A DNA stretch of 62,507 nt from NCBI GenBank assembly GCA_001661245.1, contig KV454014.1, positions 1,383,989 to 1,446,495 on the forward strand, written 5' to 3'. Positions 45,946-55,373 of this stretch are shown in pieces; within the stretch, counting starts at the first letter, position 1, and the number at the start of each line of letters is the position of its first letter. A program made the position numbers and the translations under genes. The notes below the pieces were generated by a model that ran no database searches, was not told the DNA's origin, and worked only from the letters and a program-made list of their open reading frames with translations. This DNA comes from Pachysolen tannophilus NRRL Y-2460 (taxonomy: Eukaryota).

Positions 45946-47622
45946 ATGAGTATTGAATCAGAGACCGATGAAAAATCTCGTACAGTTATTACAACTGTTA
46001 CAACATCGAATAATATTAATCATAACATCCAAGAAATCTTGTTGAGTACAAAGGATGTTTCTGAACAAGAAAAACAAGTTGGGATCTTAGAATCCATAAG
46101 GGAATATCCAAAAGAAATTTTTTGGTCCTGTATTTTTTCTTTGGGATTAGTTATGGCTGGTTATGATGCTCAAATTATTTCATCATTCTACGCTTTGTCT
46201 TCATTTAATAAGCATTACGGTACCCCAGATTCAAGTGGTGAATATGCAATTTCTGCTGCTTGGCAAACAGCATTGAGTATGGGTACCCCTATTGGTCAAA
46301 TTATTGGAACTTTGGGGTGTGCTTGGCCCATGGAATGGTATGGTCGTAAGAAGACTTATGCTGCTACTGTTATGGGGTGTTTATGTTTAATATTTATGCA
46401 GTTTTTTGCACCAAACTTAAAAGTATTATGTCTGGGTGAAATATTAGCTGGAATATTATGGGGGGCCTGTGTCTTAATTGCTCCAACATATTCTTCTGAA
46501 ATAAGTCATACCTCCATTAGGGCTGTTCTAGAGGCAACAAATAATTTGGCTTTTGTAATTGGACAATTCATTGCCAATGGTGTTAGTGATGCCATGGCTA
46601 ATAGAACAGATGAATACGCGTACAAGATCCCATTTGCTGTTCAATGGATCTGGCCATTCATTATTTTGATTTGTATTGGTTTTGCTCCCGAATCACCTTA
46701 TTGGTTAGTTCGTCATGGTAAAATGGATGAAGCTAAGAAATCATTGAGAAAAGTCAGTAGAAAAAGTGAAGACGATGAGTCAATCGAGAAAAGATTATTT
46801 TTAATCAAAGAAATTGATGCATTGGAACAGGAATTAAAACAAACTACATCATACCGTGATATATTTATTGGAACAAATCTGAAAAGAACAGAAATTTGTT
46901 GTATGGTCTATTGTATTCAAATTTTTTCTGGTATTCCATTGTGTATGAACTATTCAACTTTTTTCTTTGAACAGGCTGGCTTGTCTGATGATGATTCTTT
47001 CTCATTATCTCTTGGATCAACAGCTATTGGATTTGTCTTTACCTGTCTGTCATGGTTTATTATGGCTTACGTTGGAAGAAGAACACTTTATAATTGGGGA
47101 CTCGTGCTGACAACTGTAATCTTGTTCATTATTTCCTTCTTGGATATTTCACCTGTTTATAGCACAAATGATGGTGTTCGTTGGGCTCAAGCCTCTTTAA
47201 TTCTTGTTTGGTCTCTGATTTGGCAAGCATCAATTGGTCCAGTATTGTATGTTCTTCTTGGTGAAATACCATCAACAAAATTACGTGGAAAAACAATTGC
47301 TTTTGCAACAGCTATGCAATCAGTTACAGCTCTTGTTTTCACTATTATTATGCCTTACATGCTAGATACAGATGAAGGAAACTTAAGAGGTAAAGCAGGA
47401 TTCATCTTTGCTGGTATTTCATTGGTTTGTATTCTGTGGTGTTTCATTAGATTACCCGAGACAAAAGATAGGACTTTCGACGAAATTGATATCATGTTCC
47501 ATAGGGGAGTACATTCCAGAGATTTCTCAAAATACGTTATTTTAGATGAAGCAGAAGATGTGTTGAGTACCAAGGACAGCAAACACATCATCGGTACTGA
47601 AATCATGAAAACAGAAGCTTAA
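45946..47622 (+). CDS. Sugar porter, maltose/alpha-glucoside permease-like
   Basis: MAGYD, WQTAL, GRKK, YKIPFAVQWIWP, APESPYWLVR, LRGKT, LPETKDRTF; 12-TM layout. Confidence 0.93.
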   Translation: MSIESETDEKSRTVITTVTTSNNINHNIQEILLSTKDVSEQEKQVGILESIREYPKEIFWSCIFSLGLVMAGYDAQIISSFYALSSFNKHYGTPDSSGEYAISAAWQTALSMGTPIGQIIGTLGCAWPMEWYGRKKTYAATVMGCLCLIFMQFFAPNLKVLCLGEILAGILWGACVLIAPTYSSEISHTSIRAVLEATNNLAFVIGQFIANGVSDAMANRTDEYAYKIPFAVQWIWPFIILICIGFAPESPYWLVRHGKMDEAKKSLRKVSRKSEDDESIEKRLFLIKEIDALEQELKQTTSYRDIFIGTNLKRTEICCMVYCIQIFSGIPLCMNYSTFFFEQAGLSDDDSFSLSLGSTAIGFVFTCLSWFIMAYVGRRTLYNWGLVLTTVILFIISFLDISPVYSTNDGVRWAQASLILVWSLIWQASIGPVLYVLLGEIPSTKLRGKTIAFATAMQSVTALVFTIIMPYMLDTDEGNLRGKAGFIFAGISLVCILWCFIRLPETKDRTFDEIDIMFHRGVHSRDFSKYVILDEAEDVLSTKDSKHIIGTEIMKTEA

Positions 47623-47961
47623 ACTGCTATCTCTAGCTAATTTCTTCAATTTTTTAAAAACTAAAAACTTATTTGATCTTTGATTTTGTTCTCTACTGTA
47701 ACTTTTGATGTGAAAAATCTCTCTACTTATGCAGGATACTTTTTTTTATTTTTCTTTTTTACTTTTCAAGTTTTTAAATTAGCGAAGTTTAAATCTTACT
47801 TCGCTGAAATATACAATACACCTATTAGAGCCACACTTTTTCAACGATTTATAATTTGGTGCAACTAATTATAAAATTTTACAAAACTGAAGAAATTGTA
47901 TTCAGACTTTCTAATGTAAAAAATAGGATCTTCTATCAGCATAGATCAGCAACTACATCTC

Positions 47962-49683
47962 ATGGGAACCATTAATCAAGACGAGACAACGTCTCTTTTA
48001 TCTAGAAGCACAAAAGTAGATTGTAGAACTCAGGTACAAAATTATGCAGAAGATTCCTCTATATCATTTGAACAGTGTGACGAGAACAACTCAGAATTTT
48101 TTGATGAGTCTTTAGTTCCAAGTTCACCTCCAATTTCAATATTTTCCTTGGTTCCAAATTTGATTTGGATTGAAATTTCATTGTTTTCAAATGTTTTTCT
48201 CTCTGGGTTTGATACTACAGTAACTGCTTCAACATATGAAACAATTGGGGGTGAATTCAGTGCTGCAGATAGAGCCTCTTGGATAACTTCATCTTATTTG
48301 ATCACTTTTACCTCATTTCAACCACTATATGGTTCATTTTCAGATATTCTAGGTAGAAGGTGGTGTGTTCTTGCTGCGACTTCAATATTTGGATTGGGAT
48401 GTTTGGGTTGCGCAATTTCTCCTAATATTCTAATATTGGATATAATGAGAGCCATTACAGGTGTCGGTGGTGGTGGTTTAATTTCACTCTCAACTATTGT
48501 CAATTCTGACATAATAGCACCTAAACAACGTGGGATTTTTCAAGCTTTCCAAAATTTGTTATTGGGTCTTGGTGCCATATGTGGAGCAAGTTTTGGTGGA
48601 TTAATTTCTGATTATATAGGGTGGAGATGGTGTTTTATTTTACAAGTTCCAATTGCTTTCTTGGCCATTTTTATTGGTTACCTTTATATTGAAAATCAAC
48701 CTGAGTTTCATCAAGATGACTTCCACTCGGTTAACTTAACAGCGAAAATTGATTTTAAAGGTTCTATATTATTGGTCTCGAGTTTAGTCTTACAACTTTT
48801 AGTTTTGAATTTTGGAGGAAATGAATATTCTTGGACTGATCCAAGGCTTACACTGTTGATGGGATTAAGCTTAATCGTTTCTATTTGGTTTTTGAAAACC
48901 GAGGGGGAAACTAAAGCATCTCCCATAATTCCTTTGGAACTTTTGAATGGTGCATTTAGTTATATCTTACTAGGTATTGGTGTCTTAGCAGGTATTTCAA
49001 ATTATGCATACTTGTTTATACTGCCACTACTATTTCAAGTTGTTATTGATGATTCTGCGGCTCTGGCTGGATTAAGGTTGGCTCTTCCATCTTTATTCAC
49101 ACCCATTGGTGGTTTATCTACTGGATATTTCATGAGTAAATATAATTGCTTACCACATTTAGTTAGAACTGGTTCATTAACAATGTTATTAGGAAATGCA
49201 TTAGTTTTGTTAATTCATGGCAAAACACCCTCATACTTGATATCCTTATATTTAGCATTTATTAATCTTGGTCAAGGTATAATCTTTCCAAGTTCATTGT
49301 TTTCTTTTATTTACGCCTTTCCCAAAGATAGACAGGCATCTTCAACTTCAACAGCCTATCTGCTTCGAAGTATTGGTTCAGTATGGGGGATTGCAGTATC
49401 TTCTGCAATTGTCCAGTATACCTTAAGAAGTAAATTGTTTTCGGAATTAGCTCGTCTCAATTATATCTCCAAGGAAGAGATTTCCAAAATTACTACAGGT
49501 GTTATAAAAGATATCGGATACATTAAATTGCTACCACTGGAGATTCAAAAACCCGTAGTAGGTGTTTACGAAGTCGCATTGAAAAGAGCACAACTTTTAC
49601 CCATCATTTGTTGCTTCCTATCTTTAATTTTGTGTTTTCTAAGAGATATCTTTAAACCAAAAACTCAAACTGGGTTCCGTTAG
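47962..49683 (+). CDS. 14-TM MFS transporter (DHA2 / Vba-Fnx-like)
   Basis: FLSGFDTTVTAS, WITSSYLI, QPLYGSFSDILGRR, RAITGVGGGG, GWRWCF. Confidence 0.9.
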   Translation: MGTINQDETTSLLSRSTKVDCRTQVQNYAEDSSISFEQCDENNSEFFDESLVPSSPPISIFSLVPNLIWIEISLFSNVFLSGFDTTVTASTYETIGGEFSAADRASWITSSYLITFTSFQPLYGSFSDILGRRWCVLAATSIFGLGCLGCAISPNILILDIMRAITGVGGGGLISLSTIVNSDIIAPKQRGIFQAFQNLLLGLGAICGASFGGLISDYIGWRWCFILQVPIAFLAIFIGYLYIENQPEFHQDDFHSVNLTAKIDFKGSILLVSSLVLQLLVLNFGGNEYSWTDPRLTLLMGLSLIVSIWFLKTEGETKASPIIPLELLNGAFSYILLGIGVLAGISNYAYLFILPLLFQVVIDDSAALAGLRLALPSLFTPIGGLSTGYFMSKYNCLPHLVRTGSLTMLLGNALVLLIHGKTPSYLISLYLAFINLGQGIIFPSSLFSFIYAFPKDRQASSTSTAYLLRSIGSVWGIAVSSAIVQYTLRSKLFSELARLNYISKEEISKITTGVIKDIGYIKLLPLEIQKPVVGVYEVALKRAQLLPIICCFLSLILCFLRDIFKPKTQTGFR

Positions 49684-50058
49684 AAAGATCATATACAGCT
49701 GGCGTATAGAGAAATAATTAATAGTATATATTTATTACTTATATCTGCAAGATATTAGTTTATGTGGTGGCATACGAGCATGAAGCACTACAGATTAGCG
49801 TACTGAAATCTAAAACTAGTAAATTGTTTTTGTATTATAATCTTTTCTTGGGTATCAATTGATTGTGGCTCACTCACCCACCACTATTTGGTCATTACTA
49901 CCCATGTGATTTTCGTTATCAGAATACTCTCACAATGAGATATGTCTTAATTACAGTACATTTTCGATGAGAGGATGATTTTGATATTTAAATGCAAAGA
50001 TTGAACGTATTTTCTCTAGGAACAATATAATCAATCAGGTACCATAATTTTAAAGAAG

Positions 50059-51717
50059 ATGATATATTTTTCTTACAAACAAGTAATTGTGTTTCTTTTT
50101 TTGTTTTCGCAGACTTTGGCTGATTGGCAATTCAGATCGAGACCGGATTTGTCGCCGCCAAAATTAAATATTACTTTAGCTGCAACCGAAGAAACAGCTC
50201 CGGGATATTTATTTGTAGCTCCATATTCAGGTTATGCAGATGTTCAATTCCATGGGCCTCGTCAGGCAGCACCTTACGTCTTTACGGATCAAGGTGAATT
50301 GGTTTGGTCTGGTTTTGCATTTTTTTCTATTTGGGCAGCAAATTTTCAGGCTGCAAAATATAAAGGTGAAGATATTTTATTTTCCTTTGAAGGTTCGCAT
50401 AATCCAGCTTACGGACATGGTCATGGGCATGTTACATTTTTGAATAAGAATCTTGAAACTGTGAAGGAAATTAGAGCAGGAAATCATAAAATTTTGGACA
50501 AGCATGAATTTCATATTAAAGACGAAAAGACTGCATTGATTGAGATTTATCACCCAGTTCCTCGTGATCTTACCAAATATGGTGCTAGCTCTGAACAGCA
50601 ATGGATTGTAGATGCTCGTGTTCAAGAATTAGATCTTGAAACAGGCGAAGTATTGTTTGAATGGAGTTCTTTGGAGCATATCAACCCTTCTGAGTCAATT
50701 TTACCTATTAATCCAGGTTATGCTGGTTCGGGTTATAATTCAAGTGACGCATGGGACTATTTTCATATAAACTCAGTGGATAAGGATGAAGATGGAAATT
50801 ATGTGATATCCGCAAGACACACTGCTGCGTTGTATAAAATCAATGGAAAGACAGGTGAAATCATTTGGAAATTGGGTGGTCTACCAGGTAAGATTTCCTC
50901 CGATTTCAAGTCAATCGATGACTTTACATTTGCTTTCCAGCATCATGCTCGTATCTTATCTACTTCCCCCGATAAAACCAAGCAAGTAATATCATTTTTC
51001 GATAATTCAGCCCATGGTTCTGAAGATACAAATGGCACTATTGTTCATTATGCAGAAAATTCTAGCGGGAAAATTATAGAAGTAGATATTAAGAGCTGGG
51101 AAGCTAAATTATTAAAACAATACAATCCACCTGAAAAAATTTTGGCTAAGTCTCAAGGATCAACTCAGGTTTTACCAAATGGTAATGTTATAGTTAACTG
51201 GGGTTCCGAAGGTGCATTGACCGAATTTAATGCTGATGGTAAGCCTATTTTCCATACATATTTAGATTCAGGGGATTTAGGACTGAGAGTGCAAAATTAT
51301 CGTGGTTTCAAATATAATTGGACTTCAATTCCTTTTGAAAAAATAGCAGTTTTTTCTGAGGTGACTAAAGAAGATGATACTATTATTTATGTTAGTTGGA
51401 ATGGTGACATTGATACGAAGACTTGGAGACTTTTTACCTTAAGTTCTGATGGAAAAAGGGAATACGTTGCGGAAACAAAGAGAACGGGCTTTGAGACTAC
51501 TTTCAAGATCACTGGTGAAATCCATGAAAGAGTTGCTGTCGAGGCCATTGATAACAATGGAAAGATATTAGCTACTTCAGATATAACAGTATCAGAAAAG
51601 CAGGTCTTACCTTATCTGAAAAAGCCAGTAACTGAAGTAGAACATACTGAAACAGGATTTCAAAATTTTTTTACTTGGAAAATTGGATTATCGTCATTAT
51701 TCAATGATGAGAATTAA
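50059..51717 (+). CDS. Secreted arylsulfotransferase (ASST-like)
   Basis: Signal peptide, FRSRPDL.PP, DKHEF, WDYFHINSV, WKLGG, FAFQHHAR, SQGSTQVLPNGN, YRGFK. Confidence 0.9.
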   Translation: MIYFSYKQVIVFLFLFSQTLADWQFRSRPDLSPPKLNITLAATEETAPGYLFVAPYSGYADVQFHGPRQAAPYVFTDQGELVWSGFAFFSIWAANFQAAKYKGEDILFSFEGSHNPAYGHGHGHVTFLNKNLETVKEIRAGNHKILDKHEFHIKDEKTALIEIYHPVPRDLTKYGASSEQQWIVDARVQELDLETGEVLFEWSSLEHINPSESILPINPGYAGSGYNSSDAWDYFHINSVDKDEDGNYVISARHTAALYKINGKTGEIIWKLGGLPGKISSDFKSIDDFTFAFQHHARILSTSPDKTKQVISFFDNSAHGSEDTNGTIVHYAENSSGKIIEVDIKSWEAKLLKQYNPPEKILAKSQGSTQVLPNGNVIVNWGSEGALTEFNADGKPIFHTYLDSGDLGLRVQNYRGFKYNWTSIPFEKIAVFSEVTKEDDTIIYVSWNGDIDTKTWRLFTLSSDGKREYVAETKRTGFETTFKITGEIHERVAVEAIDNNGKILATSDITVSEKQVLPYLKKPVTEVEHTETGFQNFFTWKIGLSSLFNDEN

Positions 51718-51819
51718 GCATTATGTTCTATTTAATTTTTTTTTTTTTTAATTCTAATAAAAACGCTATTGTATAAAGCAGTAGAGTAAAAACATGTAAA
51801 TTTTTGTAATGAAATCAAT

Positions 51820-52842
51820 TTATTTGAACAGAGATGAGTAGGCAGACAAAGCAGGAGCTCCTCCCAAATGGATGTATAAAACATTAGAATCTTTTTCGAA
51901 TTCATTGTTTCTAATCTTGTGAATTAAACCTTGCATAGACTTTCCTTCATATACTGGATCAGTCAAGACACCTTCGGTGCTACCACATAACTCGATTGCT
52001 TCAATTGTACCTTCATTTGGTAAGCCATAAGCAGGATGAGCAAATCTTGTATCAATATTGATATCTTTTTCAGTGAGTTCTATAGGTAAATCAATCAATT
52101 TTGCGGTGTTTTGGGCGATTTTTAAAACTTGTGCTTTAGTTTTATCAGGAGTGAATGAAGCATCAATACCAATAACATCTTTATGTCTATTATATTGTGC
52201 CATTCCTATAACAAGACCTGCCATAGATGACCCGGTCACAGCACAAACAACAATTTTATCAAATTTAATACCCAATTGTTTTTCTTGATTAATAATCTCA
52301 TCTGCACAACCAACAAATCCTAAACCTCCATAAGGATGTTCTGAACATCCTGCAGGAATTGGGAATGGTTTTTTACCTTTAGACTCACATTCAGCCAAAG
52401 CCGCTTTCCACGATTCTCTGATACCGATATCAAACTTGTGCTCGTCTAATCTGACATCTGCACCCATAATCCTCGATAATTGTATATTACCAACTTTATC
52501 GTAGGAATCGTCTTTATAATCAACCCAGTCTTCTTGAACCAAGACACAATCAAAGCCTAGATGAGCAGCAACTGCAGCTACTTGTCTTGTTTGATTAGAT
52601 TGAATCCCACCAATACTTACCAAAGTATCATAGCCACCTTCAAGTGCCTGTGGAATCAAGTATTCCAACTTTCTGAGTTTGTTACCTCCAAATGCTAAAC
52701 CTGAATTACAATCTTCTCTCTTTGCATAAATATTGACGTTACCACCTAGTTTTTTAGATAATCTTTTCATTGGGGTTATTGGGGAAGGCCCAAAGGTTAA
52801 AGGGTATTTTGCAAACTTCGATAAACCTGTCTTGACTGACAT
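51820..52842 (-). CDS. 1-aminocyclopropane-1-carboxylate (ACC) deaminase
   Basis: [21 protein letters not shown] (PLP lysine), [32 protein letters not shown] and HLGGAPAL. It has the Glu and Leu (E295/L322, Pseudomonas numbering) that separate ACC deaminase from D-cysteine desulfhydrase. Confidence 0.95.
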   Translation of the reverse strand: MSVKTGLSKFAKYPLTFGPSPITPMKRLSKKLGGNVNIYAKREDCNSGLAFGGNKLRKLEYLIPQALEGGYDTLVSIGGIQSNQTRQVAAVAAHLGFDCVLVQEDWVDYKDDSYDKVGNIQLSRIMGADVRLDEHKFDIGIRESWKAALAECESKGKKPFPIPAGCSEHPYGGLGFVGCADEIINQEKQLGIKFDKIVVCAVTGSSMAGLVIGMAQYNRHKDVIGIDASFTPDKTKAQVLKIAQNTAKLIDLPIELTEKDINIDTRFAHPAYGLPNEGTIEAIELCGSTEGVLTDPVYEGKSMQGLIHKIRNNEFEKDSNVLYIHLGGAPALSAYSSLFK

Positions 52843-53138
52843 TTTTTTTTTCCTCTATAGAGCTGAAACTAAAGCTTCAAACTTTTGAATATTGTCAATT
52901 AAATTTATAAAAAGGTTGGCCGACACTCGAAAATTCTCGTCAAGTTGGAAATCAAAGAACTTTGTTGGCACATCTTCCTAGCCGCACGAAGTTGCGTCCC
53001 TATCGCTCAGCGTGTACACGAAACTCCTGAACCGGTATTAAAGATCAATTAAATTATACCATACCGACTTTACAATAAATTGAAACATATTCATTTTTAA
53101 TTATATATAAATAAATGTATTAAAAAAGCAAATTTCTA

Positions 53139-54836
53139 TTAACTCTGTCCCATATCATTGGGATCTATTTTGAACACTTTATCTGGGTTCAACAATCTTT
53201 TAGGGTCAAGGGCTAGTTTTAATTTCCGCATTAAGTTGATTGCATCTTCCCCGAGTTCTATTTCCAAAAAATTTCTTTTACCTATTCCAATTCCGTGTTC
53301 TCCAGTACATGTTCCTTCATTACTCAACCCAAGTTTGATCATACGAGTTACCAAGTCCTGACATTTCTCAAATTCATCTTCTTTATAATATATATCAGCA
53401 TGAAAATTAGAATCACCAACATGCCCTAAGATTGCTGTTTGAAATCCAGATTCTTCAAAGTATCCGTCAATAGTTTTCAATACAGATGATAATTTCGATA
53501 ATGGAACAGCAATATCAGTCACCCATAATTTTATATTTTCATCTATTTCATTATAACCATAATCTAACATTGCGTAAAAAGCACCTTTTCTAACAGCAAA
53601 TAGCTCTTCACCTTCTTCTTTATTATTAGCAAATATAAAATCTTTGCAATTGTTCATTTGAGTAATATTTTTAATTTTTTTTATATATTCATTTACAACA
53701 ATTTGATTCAAGCCTCCAACTTTTAAAAATAAAGTAGGAGTTTCTTGCCATTTCCTTGTTGTTAAATCACTATAATTTACAAATTTCATCATGTTTTTAT
53801 CCATCAATTCTACCAATTGAACCTGAATTCCAGATCTTAGAATACTAGTTACTGTATTTGTTGTATCTGAGATATCTTGAAATTGGGCAACAGCAACAGT
53901 TTCATACTTTGGTCTTACATGAAGCTTCACTGTTGCTTCAGTTACTATACCAAGTGTTCCTTCACTTCCGATAAAAATACCTGTAAGATTATAACCTGCA
54001 CTAGATTTTCTAGGTCTTTTCTTAGTTTTAATAATTGTACCATCAGCAAGAACAACTGTAAGGCCGATAACATTTTCCTTCATAGCTCCATAGCGACTGG
54101 CATTTAATCCGGAAGCATTTGTATTAATCATCCCAGATATCTGAGCACCAGTCCCACAATCACAACCTAGCATTAGTCCTGATGGTTCGAGGTAATTATT
54201 GAGTTCAACCCATCCAACACCACCTTGAACCACTGCATCTAAATCATCTTCATGGACTGCCAAAATTTTATTCATTCTCTTCAAACTTAACAAGATTCCT
54301 GGACGTGTTGAGTGAAAATGGCCTTCTAACGAAGTTCCACCACTATATGGCACAACTGGAACGTTATATTCAAATACCACTTTCATGATTTTGGAGATTT
54401 CCTCCGTAGATTCGGGATAAACAACACACTTAGGTTTTTGTGATCTCCCCGGTGTTATAGTGGTGAACTCATTGGTTGAATGATGATTGATATCAACAAT
54501 GCTATTGGTTACATTTTTCTCGCCCACAATCAATTTAATCTTGTTAACCGCAAGATCAAATTCTGTCTCGCTTGCGTAGCGAGGAGGCCGCAAATCTTTC
54601 AATTTTGTAGAAGAACTTAATGGGAATACATCTTCGGCTGGAAACTTTCTAGATATGAGTTTGCCGCTGTAAGAACATAAACCACCAAAAACTACTCCTG
54701 ATGCTATCAAGTATGAGACATTTTTCAGTCTCCAAATAGTTTGCTGCCGTTGAGTAGAGAAATTTCTACTTAAAATGAAGCTAAAGAATTTTCCGTTACA
54801 AGGATTTTTCCGAAAATTTTTGAAACCAAGAACCAT
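53139..54836 (-). CDS. Mitochondrial FAD-linked D-lactate dehydrogenase (cytochrome), Dld1-like
   Basis: Basic presequence, PYSGGTSLEGH, RPRKSSAGYNLT, GSEGTLGIVTE, GHVGD.NFH, GTCTGEHGIG, LDPKRLLNPDK. Confidence 0.92.
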   Translation of the reverse strand: MVLGFKNFRKNPCNGKFFSFILSRNFSTQRQQTIWRLKNVSYLIASGVVFGGLCSYSGKLISRKFPAEDVFPLSSSTKLKDLRPPRYASETEFDLAVNKIKLIVGEKNVTNSIVDINHHSTNEFTTITPGRSQKPKCVVYPESTEEISKIMKVVFEYNVPVVPYSGGTSLEGHFHSTRPGILLSLKRMNKILAVHEDDLDAVVQGGVGWVELNNYLEPSGLMLGCDCGTGAQISGMINTNASGLNASRYGAMKENVIGLTVVLADGTIIKTKKRPRKSSAGYNLTGIFIGSEGTLGIVTEATVKLHVRPKYETVAVAQFQDISDTTNTVTSILRSGIQVQLVELMDKNMMKFVNYSDLTTRKWQETPTLFLKVGGLNQIVVNEYIKKIKNITQMNNCKDFIFANNKEEGEELFAVRKGAFYAMLDYGYNEIDENIKLWVTDIAVPLSKLSSVLKTIDGYFEESGFQTAILGHVGDSNFHADIYYKEDEFEKCQDLVTRMIKLGLSNEGTCTGEHGIGIGKRNFLEIELGEDAINLMRKLKLALDPKRLLNPDKVFKIDPNDMGQS

Positions 54837-55373
54837 TACACAACTGAATCAACGTATAGAAACAAAAGATCAAAACAAAGCCTTCAGAAAATACATCTCT
54901 GAGATATCACGTTGCTTTTTGTACTTTCATGATAAAATCAATTCTTCATCAATTTTCTTTTAGATTTATCGTCAGAATCGAGTTATCAAAACTGTGGCTT
55001 TTATTTTTATTTTTTTCAAGATATCGAAAACAATAAAATGTAGCGTAATCGTGCTTTTTGACAAATTTGACCAAAGAACAACGATAATAGCGCCAGCAGA
55101 AGCATAATAATTAAACTAAAGTGAATGAGTTATTTCCAGAAGAAAGTCAGATGTATAATGATCTTATATCTAGTTTGAAAACTTTCACGAAGAAAGCTCA
55201 ATTAATTTTCAGATATTAAAGTTGTGAAATCTACGAGTTAGAGTTGCATCTACGAAAAACTTTGTTTTCATAAGTAAATCAATTAACGAAGGGCATATAC
55301 TAGCAAAAAGTTCATAGTTTCGCATTAAAAAAAAAAGAAAAAAAAAAAGAAAAACAAATTCATTGTAATAGGC

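Noticed and set aside
9611..49885. Possible telomerase RNA template matches (ACCACTCACA at 9611, CACTCACA at 36346, CACTCACCCACCACT at 49871)
   Set aside because: Too short, mismatched, or inside NOT1 coding sequence; no intergenic locus has more than one perfect unit.
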